Source: an uncultured Thermoplasmata archaeon
GTDB lineage: Archaea > Thermoplasmatota > Thermoplasmata > Halarchaeoplasmatales > Halarchaeoplasmataceae
Direction of reading: 5' to 3'
NCBI GenBank assembly: GCA_964535805.1
Contig: CAZHUM010000002.1
Coordinates: forward strand, 740-64,739
Length of the DNA stretch: 64,000 nucleotides
In this document: in pieces, positions 16,883 to 26,428 of the stretch
Layout: each line of letters opens with the position of its first letter
Numbering within the stretch: position 1 is the first letter of the stretch
The notes under the pieces: generated by a model
The model's database searches: none
What the model saw: only the letters and a program-made list of their open reading frames with translations
What the model was told of the DNA's origin: nothing
Made by a program: the position numbers and the translations under genes

Positions 16883-18373
16883 TTACACCCTGGACCACAG
16901 TCCCGACAGCCTCTTGGTCCCCCACAAGCTGTTGATCTCGTAAACCGCCACCACTTTTTCATAGATATCTATCAGATTAAATGAATTACCCAACAGGCTC
17001 CTCTGGTAGATGCTGCTCAACGAGTTGGCGTTCACTATGATAGTCCCCTCCACACTCAGGAAGTGGGGGTGTGAAGATGTCCCGGTCAACACGAGATCGA
17101 TCCCGGAATCTACTACCTCTCTCAACAGGTCTCCGCTGTCCTCAAGCAGACCTTTCTCACGGCTGTGTGGTATGGGCAGAAGATTGTGATGTAGGAATAT
17201 CCCTTTGAAATCCTCTTCCCGGTCCTCGAGGTCTCTAAGTAGTGCGGTCCTCTCCGTCTTACCGACTATACCGATGGGTGAGTCGTACTGAGATGAAGCT
17301 ACGCCCTGGAGAATGATATCGTCGTTGGACCACGTTTGATCCAGTTCACCGAAGAACTTTGAGAATAGATGATAACCGAGGTAATTCAAGTCACGACCCG
17401 CAGGTGTATACACCACGGGAGCGTAGATCCTTGACAGGCGCTCGTGTGCCACCTGATAGTCCCGGGAGATGCCCTCTCTGACTATACCACCGCAGTGGAC
17501 CACTACGTCCGGGTCCAGGTTGTTGATGGTGTTGATAGCGTTCTTGAAATGTCTTTTAAGGAACACCCTGGAATCGGATATGAATGTATTAGAAATGTGA
17601 GCTATCCTGCATTCCCTCTTTCCGAAATCAGAAAAAATACGCTGTGTCTTCCTTGGAAAATCGAAGCGCTCCTCCCTGCCGTCCACTCTCTTAGTTATCA
17701 CGCTCTTACCTTTCTCGTCGATATCTATGATGTTGTAGGAGTTGACGTCTCCGTACCTCGTTTTGGTCGAAGAAACGGTTCCAGCATTTATCAGAACGGA
17801 GTCTTCTACCCGGTACACATTTGGATAATGCCGATGACCGGATATTATCAGATCGACATCCGAGTTGATGAACAGTTCCAGCAGATCACCGGCGTTGGAC
17901 AGTATGTTCCTCTCTCTTCCCGCCATGGGTATGGGTATGGTGTGATGGTGCAGCACGATTATCTTGATGGATTTGTCGTTGAATTCGTTCAACGCTTCCT
18001 CGAGAAAATCGAATTTTACCATGCCCACTCTGCCGTTGTTGCTGTCGGCTATGGCGCTGTTGACGAATATAACGACCGCATCATCGAAATCGTTGAAACC
18101 CGTGGATGGGCCGATGTAGTCTTCGAAAAGTTGAACTCCGCCGTTCCTTGCATCGTGGTTTCCCGGTACCACCACGTAGGGGACCTCCAACCTCTGGAAA
18201 AATCGCTGGGCTTCTTCGTACTCGGACAACCTACCACTCTGGGTGACGTCTCCGCTGTGTATCAATAGGTCGTACTTACCGCTGTTTATCTCTTTAAGAA
18301 CTTTCTCTAAAACCTCGCCGTTGAATTCGCTTCCACCATCGATGTGGGTGTCCGATATGTGGATTATCTTCAT
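16883..18373 (-). CDS. tandem calcineurin-like metallophosphoesterase (two MPP domains)
   Basis: Domain 1 has ISDTH..GD(x)n..GNHD..HH..GH. A second copy of the same motif series lies in residues ~260-496 (ISNTF..GG..HHN..GTSSH). Confidence 0.8.
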   Translation of the reverse strand: MKIIHISDTHIDGGSEFNGEVLEKVLKEINSGKYDLLIHSGDVTQSGRLSEYEEAQRFFQRLEVPYVVVPGNHDARNGGVQLFEDYIGPSTGFNDFDDAVVIFVNSAIADSNNGRVGMVKFDFLEEALNEFNDKSIKIIVLHHHTIPIPMAGRERNILSNAGDLLELFINSDVDLIISGHRHYPNVYRVEDSVLINAGTVSSTKTRYGDVNSYNIIDIDEKGKSVITKRVDGREERFDFPRKTQRIFSDFGKRECRIAHISNTFISDSRVFLKRHFKNAINTINNLDPDVVVHCGGIVREGISRDYQVAHERLSRIYAPVVYTPAGRDLNYLGYHLFSKFFGELDQTWSNDDIILQGVASSQYDSPIGIVGKTERTALLRDLEDREEDFKGIFLHHNLLPIPHSREKGLLEDSGDLLREVVDSGIDLVLTGTSSHPHFLSVEGTIIVNANSLSSIYQRSLLGNSFNLIDIYEKVVAVYEINSLWGTKRLSGLWSRV

Positions 18374-18374
18374 C

Positions 18375-18806
18375 TCACTCCCTCGAGATGTGGGTTTCCA
18401 TAGAGTGCCTTTGGATGTCCAAAAGGTCTCCCAAGGTCATTATACCGATTATTTCGCCCCTCTCTTTCACCAATATGTGTTTGATGTTCTGTTTGGACAT
18501 CAATTCGAGGACCTCCCTTATCTTCGCGTTGATATCGGAGGTTATCAGATCCTCGTTCATGATCTCTGTTACCTTCATATCCGGTTTCCGCCCCTTAGCC
18601 ACTACCTTCCTCTTTATGTCTCCATCTGTGAAGTACCCGATCACCTCATCCCCTTCCACTACTGCCAGAGAGCTGATGTTGAATTCCACCATCTTCTGTG
18701 CGGCTTCCCTTACTGTGCTGCTCGAGTCTATACCGATCAACCTTTTTGTAACGAACTGCCTGATCGGAAGGTCCAGTTCGTAAATATTTGGTAGATTATG
18801 GTTCAT
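18375..18806 (-). CDS. CBS-domain pair protein
   Basis: Two CBS motifs are present (SSLAVVEGDEVIGYFTDGDI and KHILVKERGEIIGIMTLGDL). Only 1 nt separates it from the phosphoesterase gene. Confidence 0.8.
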   Translation of the reverse strand: MNHNLPNIYELDLPIRQFVTKRLIGIDSSSTVREAAQKMVEFNISSLAVVEGDEVIGYFTDGDIKRKVVAKGRKPDMKVTEIMNEDLITSDINAKIREVLELMSKQNIKHILVKERGEIIGIMTLGDLLDIQRHSMETHISRE

Positions 18807-19683
18807 CTTCCATCACCTCCTCCAGTCCGGAGAAAACGTCTTCCAATATGACCTTCAAGGTTTTTTCGAAATCCACATTTTCTACCACGGTTATACCTCC
18901 CTTCAAAGCCATGCTGACGACGTAATCGTGTATCTCCCTGATGCGATCTAAGCGGTCTATGTATCGACTCGGGTCCCTCAGACTACCCTCTTCTCGAGAG
19001 TGGAAGTGCTGTATGTGTTGTTCGATATCCGGCACATCGAGAACGTATTGATAAGTGTGGGCGGATGATTTTCTGTCTGTCTGGATGAACCCCGGTACGA
19101 TATGCACCCCGTTCAGAACCATGTTCAGTCCCTCCTTACGTCCTCGGTTCATCACGGCGACCAGCCCCTCGCTCACCAAGCTCACCTGCTGCTCGAAGGC
19201 GTAGATCAGTTTATTGCTGACGAAGGGTGTCCTCAATTTATCGCATGCGGTAAAAGTTGATTGGTGGAGTGTGGGTATCAGTTCCGGTGATATTATGGAA
19301 CGCATTATCTCTCTGATCGTGTCGGTTCCGATAACCCTGTTGATACCGAGACGATGTCCGATCTCGGCGGATAAGCTCGACTTACCAACACCCGGACCTC
19401 CGCCGATCATGATGAAAAGCGGCTGATCAAGGTACTTTATCTTCCTCCTCACCCGGTAGTATCGCTCTTCAAGGTTTCTGTTTCGATGCTTCAGTTCTTT
19501 AGATACCATGTCCTTGATCTCTGAAGAGCTTATCTCTTCGAAGCCCTCCTTTTCTATCCTATCTTTTATATTCTCGACTATCTCGTACGCCTCTTCCACG
19601 GTCATGCCCAAACTGGATATCGACCTTGCAAGGATCCCCTTCGAGAACGGATACGTTTTATCACCTTTCTTTACTTCAACCAT
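18796..19683 (-). CDS. 2-phosphoglycerate kinase
   Basis: P-loop is IGGGPGVGKS. Overall length and N-terminal region match the archaeal 2PGK family. The gene overlaps the cDPG synthetase gene by 8 nt. Confidence 0.7.
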   Translation of the reverse strand: MVEVKKGDKTYPFSKGILARSISSLGMTVEEAYEIVENIKDRIEKEGFEEISSSEIKDMVSKELKHRNRNLEERYYRVRRKIKYLDQPLFIMIGGGPGVGKSSLSAEIGHRLGINRVIGTDTIREIMRSIISPELIPTLHQSTFTACDKLRTPFVSNKLIYAFEQQVSLVSEGLVAVMNRGRKEGLNMVLNGVHIVPGFIQTDRKSSAHTYQYVLDVPDIEQHIQHFHSREEGSLRDPSRYIDRLDRIREIHDYVVSMALKGGITVVENVDFEKTLKVILEDVFSGLEEVMEDEP

Positions 19684-21103
19684 CTGAGTGCCTCCTTTTT
19701 GCTTCTTTACATAGATCTATTATCGCCTTTTCAATGTTTTCGATGGTACCGCCCACGAGTACGGGTTCGTTGTGCATGAACACTACGTCGACGTTCTTCC
19801 TCTTGGCGGTCACCGCGGCAACGTCTATGGAAGCCGCTTTTATCTCGGTGAGCAGGACATCGCTTTGAGCCAATCCTTCTTTCAGATCTTTTCTCAGAAG
19901 TGGTCTATTCGAAAGGTGAGTGGTTATGCCGGTCACTTCACAGTCGTAGTCTTCCTGCACACTTTTTTCTATGATATCGGCTACCTCTCCCTTGGCTGTC
20001 GTTGCGATGAATACCTTTTTTCCACTTATGTCACCGAGGGGCTTAGGTCTGAATACAGTCAGCGCGATGTCCATATCTGGATTGATCTCTCTGATCCCTT
20101 TGTACACCGCATCGACTTTTTCCTTATCGGCCACCGGTTCTTCACACATGGTGACGATGGCTAACTGAGAGGTCAATATGCGGTACTCTCCCAAGTATCC
20201 TGTTATGTGCTCTATGGGTTGTCCAGCCCCCACCAATACGATCCTCTTGTCGGTCTTAACCGGAGGGAAGGTTGCTCCTGAGCCCTCCATTACCACGAAC
20301 TTTTGCGGTATCTCGTTCGTCATCATGGCTCCCTGCAGCACGTTGGAAGAGAACGGATTGCCGGCCATACCCCCACCGCATCTCCTGCAGCCAACTGTGG
20401 GAACGTCACCGAGCAGAGCGTCCTCCCAGTAGTCAGATGCTGCGTGGCCGCCTCTCTCTGCGACGGATATCAGAGTGTCCGAAGACATCTCCATCTTGGA
20501 GGTGTCCACGTAATCTGGCTCCGGCGGTCCCCCTCTGCCCATGCATACTACGACCGGGTCGAAGTTCTCTTTTTTGAGTGTCTGGGCCACGGTGACACCC
20601 ACGGCTGTTTTTCCCACCCGTTTAGCGGTCCCTATTATCGAGATGCTGGGTTTCTCGAGTATTTCGTCTTCTCTAGGAGGGTCGTAAACGAAGTCCGCCC
20701 CCATGTAGGTTACCTCGTGTTTGAGTGTCCTGCAGATCAGATTGAATCTGCTTTTGTAGTCAACCACGGGTTCGTCGGAAAGGTCCAACACGATATCCGG
20801 CCCTGTCTCCTGGATGGCTTTTTCTAAAAGATCGAAAGGTAGTTCATCGTCGCTTTTATCCATGTAGACCACGTAATCCACATCCTCGCCTCCCAGCTCT
20901 TCGATAGCGTTCTCCACTTTTTCGGTTCCGCCCAGGAAGACCAGGGAGACTATGATCCCATGCATCTCCTCTATCTCTTCCAGCGTCCACTTGGTGACCG
21001 GTGGATAATGTTCTCCGTCCACCAAACACAGTATCCTTTTATCCCTTAAAATAGCCTTATTACGCTCTAATAAGTGTACAGAACCCTTTGAAGATTTTCC
21101 CAT
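19676..21103 (-). CDS. cyclic 2,3-diphosphoglycerate synthetase
   Basis: About 475 aa. Family resemblance to Methanothermus cDPGS. It is co-operonic with 2PGK, the other enzyme of the cDPG pathway. Confidence 0.65.
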   Translation of the reverse strand: MGKSSKGSVHLLERNKAILRDKRILCLVDGEHYPPVTKWTLEEIEEMHGIIVSLVFLGGTEKVENAIEELGGEDVDYVVYMDKSDDELPFDLLEKAIQETGPDIVLDLSDEPVVDYKSRFNLICRTLKHEVTYMGADFVYDPPREDEILEKPSISIIGTAKRVGKTAVGVTVAQTLKKENFDPVVVCMGRGGPPEPDYVDTSKMEMSSDTLISVAERGGHAASDYWEDALLGDVPTVGCRRCGGGMAGNPFSSNVLQGAMMTNEIPQKFVVMEGSGATFPPVKTDKRIVLVGAGQPIEHITGYLGEYRILTSQLAIVTMCEEPVADKEKVDAVYKGIREINPDMDIALTVFRPKPLGDISGKKVFIATTAKGEVADIIEKSVQEDYDCEVTGITTHLSNRPLLRKDLKEGLAQSDVLLTEIKAASIDVAAVTAKRKNVDVVFMHNEPVLVGGTIENIEKAIIDLCKEAKRRHSDG

Positions 21104-21209
21104 CTCTGATTCACCTGGTTTTTAAACACCTTATGGAACAAACGGTATATTTGGTTTACGCTCTAAAGTCAAATATTAAACCTTTTATCCAACCCCTCTT
21201 TACGGACGG

Positions 21210-22097
21210 ATGATGAAAGTGGGTTATCCCTGCCTGAACCGGACCTTGGAGTGCACTTCCAGTAGAACTTTCAGGTTGAAGAACTACGGCGAAAAAAGGT
21301 TGAAGGAAACCGTGGAGGATAATCTAGAGTGCTTGAAGAAGATCTTGGCATTCAACGTTAAAAATGATCTATATTTCTTCCGCATCACGTCGGATCTGGT
21401 GCCCTTCGCATCTCACCCCGTCTGCGAGTTCGATTGGCAGGGCTATTTCAAGGATGGATTCCGAGAGATAGGTGATTACATAGAAGAAAACGATGTGCGG
21501 ATATCCATGCACCCGGACCAGTTCATCGTTTTGAATTCGAACAAAGAGGAGGTTTACGATAGAGCGGTGATGGAATTGGTGTATCATGCGGATGTATTGG
21601 ATTCTATGAACCTAAAAACCGATGCGAAGATACAGCTTCATGTCGGCGGGGTCTACGGTGACAAGGAGAAAAGCATTGAGCGGTTCATCGAGAGGTACGG
21701 TGAACTGGAACCAAAGGTCAAGAGAAGATTGGTCATCGAGAACGACGACAGGAGCTACTGTCTGAGAGATTGTCTAGATATCCATCAAGACACTGGAGTC
21801 CCGATTTTGTTCGACAGCTTCCACCACGAGTTGAACAACAGTGGAGAGCCGCTCGAGAGGGCATTCGAGCTGTTCACTAGCACTTGGAAAAAACAAGACG
21901 GGCTTCCCATGGTGGACTACAGCAGTCAAAGGACGGGAGGTAAAAGGGGTTCACACGCAGAGAGCATAGATCCAGCACACTTCCGGTCATTCCTAGATGA
22001 CACTTCGAACTACGATTTCGACCTCATGCTGGAGATAAAGGACAAGGAAAGGAGTGCTCTGAAGGCGCTGGATATCATCCCACGGGACAGGTTGTAG
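21210..22097 (+). CDS. uvdE: UV damage endonuclease UvdE
   Basis: The N-terminus VGYPCLNRTL resembles UvdE GYVCINLSL. Size and conserved acidic/His positions fit the UVDE family. Confidence 0.75.
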   Translation: MMKVGYPCLNRTLECTSSRTFRLKNYGEKRLKETVEDNLECLKKILAFNVKNDLYFFRITSDLVPFASHPVCEFDWQGYFKDGFREIGDYIEENDVRISMHPDQFIVLNSNKEEVYDRAVMELVYHADVLDSMNLKTDAKIQLHVGGVYGDKEKSIERFIERYGELEPKVKRRLVIENDDRSYCLRDCLDIHQDTGVPILFDSFHHELNNSGEPLERAFELFTSTWKKQDGLPMVDYSSQRTGGKRGSHAESIDPAHFRSFLDDTSNYDFDLMLEIKDKERSALKALDIIPRDRL

Positions 22098-23436
22098 AGC
22101 TCCAGCCGGCGAAACCGCCCAGAATTACCGAGAGATCTTTCCAGCCTTCTCTTTTCAACAAACTGGCGGCTATCATAGAACGCAGACCGCTCCCGCAGAA
22201 GATGTAGACATTTTCACCCTTAGGTATTTCTTCTAGGTTCTCCATGATATGAGTTATGTGTATGTGGTGTGCATCTTCGATCTCTCCGTCCTCTTCCAGC
22301 TCGCCGTCGCTCCTGACGTCGAGTATCCATAGGTCCTTTCCGCTGTCTAGTATGCCGCATAACTCGTGTACGGAGATAGTATCCACCGAGCTGCTCTCTC
22401 TTCCGGACATGTGCCAAGCCAGCATGCCCCCCGACAGGCGTCCTTCGATATTGTCGTAGCCCATCCTCTCGAGGTAAGTTACTGCGGTCGATGGATCCCC
22501 GGACTCATCCACGAGTAGTATCGGTTTATCGTATGGTAAAAACCAGCCGGCGAAGTTGGGGACGCCCCCTAGCCATATTGAGATAGCACCTGGTATGTGT
22601 GCTGCTCCGAAGCTGAGTTCTTTTCTGGTATCGAGTATCACAGCGTCCTTTGCCTTTTCAGCGAATTCTGCAGGGGCCATAAACTTGACGGGTGTGGCGT
22701 CGTGAAGTAGGGGAGCACCGTCCTGATTCAACTGCTCCATCTTGGCGAAATAGGGCGGGTACTCTCTCATCGTCGCTGCCTTCTCAGCGAATTCTTGTTG
22801 GGTATCCACCTGCAGTTTCGGGTTGCGGTCCCTTTCGATCCCCACTGTGGTCCATTTTCTTTCCGCTATACTCTCTCCGCAGACGGATCCAGCTCCATGG
22901 GCGGGACAGACTATCACTCCGTCACCGAGGGGCAGCATCTTGTTGAAAATGGAGTCATACAGCTTGCCGGCCATCTCTTCCAACCGATCCTCTCCGTAGA
23001 AATCTATACGGCCGACGTCGCCGGCGAAAAGAGCGTCTCCCGTGAACACGACCCATGGCTCACCGTCGGGATCGTAGAGAATATAGCTCCTGCTTCCCAG
23101 GGTGTGTCCAGGTGTATGGATCGCCTCTAATTTCAACCTCCCGATCTTCCAGGTTCGCCCCTCCTCCGCAAGCTTTCCGTATCCGTAGTCAAGCTCTTCC
23201 TCCGCATGCCATATATCAGCACCGGTTTTGGACTCCAATTCCATAGAACCTATAACATAGTCCTCGTTCCTATGGGTCTCGAACACGTCCGTGATGGTCA
23301 TACCTTCTCGAGATGCCAGCTCTACGTACTTATCGGCGTCCCGCCGGGGGTCGATCACCGCCGCTTTGTTCCTATCTCCTATCAGGTACGAGTAGTGTGC
23401 TAATCCCTGGGATTCTATCCGCTCTAGTATCGTCAT
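22075..23436 (-). CDS. MBL-fold metallo-hydrolase fused to two rhodanese domains (persulfide dioxygenase-like)
   Basis: HTPGHTLGS is the metallo-beta-lactamase motif. Two rhodanese modules each carry an active-site Cys loop (VIVCPAHGAGS; IFCGSGLRS). Confidence 0.8.
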   Translation of the reverse strand: MTILERIESQGLAHYSYLIGDRNKAAVIDPRRDADKYVELASREGMTITDVFETHRNEDYVIGSMELESKTGADIWHAEEELDYGYGKLAEEGRTWKIGRLKLEAIHTPGHTLGSRSYILYDPDGEPWVVFTGDALFAGDVGRIDFYGEDRLEEMAGKLYDSIFNKMLPLGDGVIVCPAHGAGSVCGESIAERKWTTVGIERDRNPKLQVDTQQEFAEKAATMREYPPYFAKMEQLNQDGAPLLHDATPVKFMAPAEFAEKAKDAVILDTRKELSFGAAHIPGAISIWLGGVPNFAGWFLPYDKPILLVDESGDPSTAVTYLERMGYDNIEGRLSGGMLAWHMSGRESSSVDTISVHELCGILDSGKDLWILDVRSDGELEEDGEIEDAHHIHITHIMENLEEIPKGENVYIFCGSGLRSMIAASLLKREGWKDLSVILGGFAGWSSTTCPVG

Positions 23437-23547
23437 GCTTTATCTCCTCTTGATGTTAAACACACCATTTTAAAAAACTTTTTCTAGATAAAGGAAAAAC
23501 CAAAAGATTAATATTGCGAATTCTTGGATTCTATTCCAGGTGAAAAG

Positions 23548-24054
23548 ATGTCAAAAGGAATAGTACTGTTGGAGAACGGATTCGAGGACTCCGAATTGAT
23601 ATACCCGTACTTCCGTCTACAGGAAGCGGGGTACGAAGTGGACCTAGTGGCTTCAGATGACAGCGAAACCTACGAGAGCAAACACGGTATGAAGATGAAG
23701 CCGTCTAAATCTGCAGGTGATGTGGATGTGAGTGAATACGACGTACTGGTCGTACCGGGAGGAAGAGGTCCGGATCGGATGAGGATAAAGGAATCCATGG
23801 TCCAATTGGTGAAGAGAGCCGATGAAGAAGGGCTTGTTATCGCATCGATATGTCACGGAGCACAGCTTTTGATAGAAGCCCATGTAGTCAAAGGGAAAAA
23901 GATGACCTGCTGGAAATCCGTCGCCACGGATCTTAAGAACGCAGGTGCAGAATACATGGATAAAGAAGTCGTGGTAGACGGTAACTTCGTGTCGTCCAGG
24001 ATGCCTCCTGACCTACCGGCGTTCATGAGGGAGACTCTCAAGGTACTTGAATAA
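23548..24054 (+). CDS. pfpI: DJ-1/PfpI family intracellular protease
   Basis: LVVPGG and the ICHGAQLL nucleophile-elbow motif are present. The start is the PfpI-like MSKGIVLLENGFEDSE. Confidence 0.85.
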   Translation: MSKGIVLLENGFEDSELIYPYFRLQEAGYEVDLVASDDSETYESKHGMKMKPSKSAGDVDVSEYDVLVVPGGRGPDRMRIKESMVQLVKRADEEGLVIASICHGAQLLIEAHVVKGKKMTCWKSVATDLKNAGAEYMDKEVVVDGNFVSSRMPPDLPAFMRETLKVLE

Positions 24055-24056
24055 AT

Positions 24057-24656
24057 TTATTCGAAGTAAAGTCTTGCGCCCATCACTATGGTGAACAGCA
24101 TGACCGGGATCGAGCCGATGAATTCCGGGATAGCCGGTCCCATGTTATAGGGAATGGAATATACGAGCCACACGGCTGCTCCAGCGAGTATCACCGTCGC
24201 CAGGATGAAGATGCCCCATATTGGCTCTACGAAATCCCAGAGTTGATCCGCTCCCATGAGTACCATACCTCCGATAGAAAGTGCATAGAATAGGATAGTA
24301 ACGTACATGTGCGGTTCGGTCCCTTTTGGGAACACGCCTAGTAGTATAAGTGATATCATCCCGATCAAGAATAAAGTAGTTCCCAGCACTCCCACCTTTG
24401 TTTCCACGAATCTCCAAATACCCATGGTGAATATCACCGCGGCTATCCCCCCTACGATGAACCCAAAGTTGAGGATATTGCTGTACTGGTATTCCACCCT
24501 GCCAAGGTCACTTATCGCGTTATCTGACCAGCTGAAGCTGGGGTGAACTAGTATTGCGATCCCTATGAAAAGGTAGATTATTATCGGTGTTGCGATACCG
24601 CAGATACCTGCGAACTCTTCAGGAACCAAATCTTCTATGTCCATCACATCGATCAT
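24057..24656 (-). CDS. hypothetical membrane protein (DUF998-like)
   Basis: Six predicted hydrophobic helices. Confidence 0.45.
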   Translation of the reverse strand: MIDVMDIEDLVPEEFAGICGIATPIIIYLFIGIAILVHPSFSWSDNAISDLGRVEYQYSNILNFGFIVGGIAAVIFTMGIWRFVETKVGVLGTTLFLIGMISLILLGVFPKGTEPHMYVTILFYALSIGGMVLMGADQLWDFVEPIWGIFILATVILAGAAVWLVYSIPYNMGPAIPEFIGSIPVMLFTIVMGARLYFE

Positions 24657-24811
24657 TTTTTTGTCCTCCGATTAGGGGTCGATATCGTACGACCCGATTA
24701 GGTAAATAAACCAAAGAATAAAAAGTTTTTTAGTAAAAGATCAACAGGGAATATTTTACAGACCCTACAAAAAATATAATTAATGGGTATGATAATATCA
24801 TATTTGATTGC

Positions 24812-25054
24812 ATGATTAAATTGAAAGCAAAGGTAGGAAAGAGAGGACAAGTAGTCATTCCAAAACCTATTAGAGATATGTTCAACATCCATCCAGCGAA
24901 CGAGGTGTCTTTCAGGGTCGAAGATGACAAGATAATAATTGAATCTAGAGATCCTGAGACAATATTCAACGAGTACGTCTCCGAGATAGAAAAGAAAGAA
25001 GAACCTAAAGATATAGACTGGGATTCTAAATACTATTCGCAATTTGGTGGTTGA
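24812..25054 (+). CDS. vapB: AbrB/SpoVT/MazE-fold antitoxin (VapB-like)
   Basis: KVGKRGQVVIPKPIRDMFNI is the swapped-hairpin motif. The gene overlaps the PIN gene. Confidence 0.7.
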   Translation: MIKLKAKVGKRGQVVIPKPIRDMFNIHPANEVSFRVEDDKIIIESRDPETIFNEYVSEIEKKEEPKDIDWDSKYYSQFGG

Positions 25055-25055
25055 T

Positions 25056-25469
25056 ATGTACTACTTCGATAGTAATATTTTCATCCTACCAGCGTTATAC
25101 GATGGGAAAAAAGCTAGAAAAGCCAAGAGTCTACTCCATGATGTGGTCAGAGGTGATATCGAAGCAGCCACCTGTACACTAACCTTGGATGAAGTGACTT
25201 GGATAATAGCAAAAGAATCGACGAGAGAGCAAGCTCTGAAAGAAGTTGAAAGAATATTAGAATTTCCTCATCTAGAGATATTAGATGTGAGATCTGAAGA
25301 TATGATATCTATGATACGATACATGAGAAAGTATGATCATTTAAATCCTAGAGATGCAGTCCATCTTACCGTGGCTCTGAATAATGGGATCCACACTATT
25401 GTCTCCGATGATGACGATTTCTTGGGGATCAAAGAGATTTCATGGATGAAATTGGATGACAATGGTTGA
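25056..25469 (+). CDS. vapC: PIN-domain ribonuclease toxin VapC
   Basis: YFDSNIFI..D..D..IVSDDDDF shows conserved PIN acidic residues. It is paired with an AbrB-type antitoxin. Confidence 0.75.
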   Translation: MYYFDSNIFILPALYDGKKARKAKSLLHDVVRGDIEAATCTLTLDEVTWIIAKESTREQALKEVERILEFPHLEILDVRSEDMISMIRYMRKYDHLNPRDAVHLTVALNNGIHTIVSDDDDFLGIKEISWMKLDDNG

Positions 25470-25474
25470 GGATC

Positions 25475-25798
25475 ATGAAAGGTGAAAAAAGCTCGATCTA
25501 TTTCGATCCGAAACACTACGATGCCATGTTCACCATGACCGATGATATCCCATTTTACTTGGACTGTGTAAGTGATTACGACCAACCGGTTCTGGAGCTC
25601 GCGTGCGGGACGGGGAGAGTTACCGTACCGATGGCTGAAAGGAAGGTAGAGTGGAAGATAAGGATACTCTTCCCTAAAGAGATCGACGCACTGTTGAAAT
25701 ACAACGGGTTCCAGATCGAGAATAAGTACGGGGATTTCGACCGCACGGAGTTCACCGGCGATTCAGAAAAGCAAGTGATAATTTGTAAGAAGGTGTGA
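25475..25798 (+). pseudogene. internally deleted class I SAM methyltransferase remnant
   Basis: Motif I (VLELACGTGR) joins directly to a typical MTase C-terminal strand (LLKYNGFQIENKYGDFDRTEF). About 100 aa of the core is missing. The frame is continuous, so it may be a short expressed remnant. Confidence 0.4.
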
Positions 25799-25802
25799 CA
25801 CC

Positions 25803-26384
25803 ATGGACGATCTCGTATCCGTGTTGGAAAATGCTGAATTGAAGTTTCACGGGAGTCTCATTGAGCTGGTAGATGCTGGGAAGGGCAGGATAAAGGGTCA
25901 GCGGTACTACAAGGTCATATCGAAAGATTCGACCGTTTTGATCCTGAGCATTTACCGAGGTAAACCACCATATTACAGGGGGTGGGTAGAGCTCTTCTCC
26001 GTCGATCCCGAATTCTACGGAAGCGGATTAGAAAAGAGATTGATCGGTTCGATATCTCAGTGCACCGGTCCAGGCGAGAAACTCTTCGTCGAGTACGAGA
26101 ATGACCATGAAACGGCAGTGTGCTTGAGCAGAGGATATCCAGTGGAAGTGTCCCGCATGGGCTTCTTGATGCTTGAGAACGGATACACGTGGTTCAAGGA
26201 TTGGTACTTTCCCGAAGGGTTCAACGAGGGAGGACAGAAACTGCAGGGCGAGAAACCCATCGATGAAGAGCACCGGAGAAAGCACCTGGAAGACATCGAT
26301 AAGAGGGTGAAAGAATTTATGGATACAGAATCGGATGATGGAGGATATCTGATCCATGCAAAAAGGAGAGCCAGAAAGGTTTAA
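25803..26384 (+). CDS. hypothetical protein (193 aa)
   Basis: ORF; no motif recognised. Confidence 0.45.
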   Translation: MDDLVSVLENAELKFHGSLIELVDAGKGRIKGQRYYKVISKDSTVLILSIYRGKPPYYRGWVELFSVDPEFYGSGLEKRLIGSISQCTGPGEKLFVEYENDHETAVCLSRGYPVEVSRMGFLMLENGYTWFKDWYFPEGFNEGGQKLQGEKPIDEEHRRKHLEDIDKRVKEFMDTESDDGGYLIHAKRRARKV

Positions 26385-26428
26385 ATTCTACGCCCGAGTG
26401 GATAGCAAAAAGGATTTGAGATGTTAAG

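Noticed and set aside
24672-24706. Hairpin GGGTCGatatcgtaCGACCC flanked by CCGATTAGG direct repeats, considered as a terminator
   Set aside because: It lies upstream of both divergent genes (the membrane protein and vapB), so it is not a terminator. It may be a minor regulatory element, but it has no supporting context.
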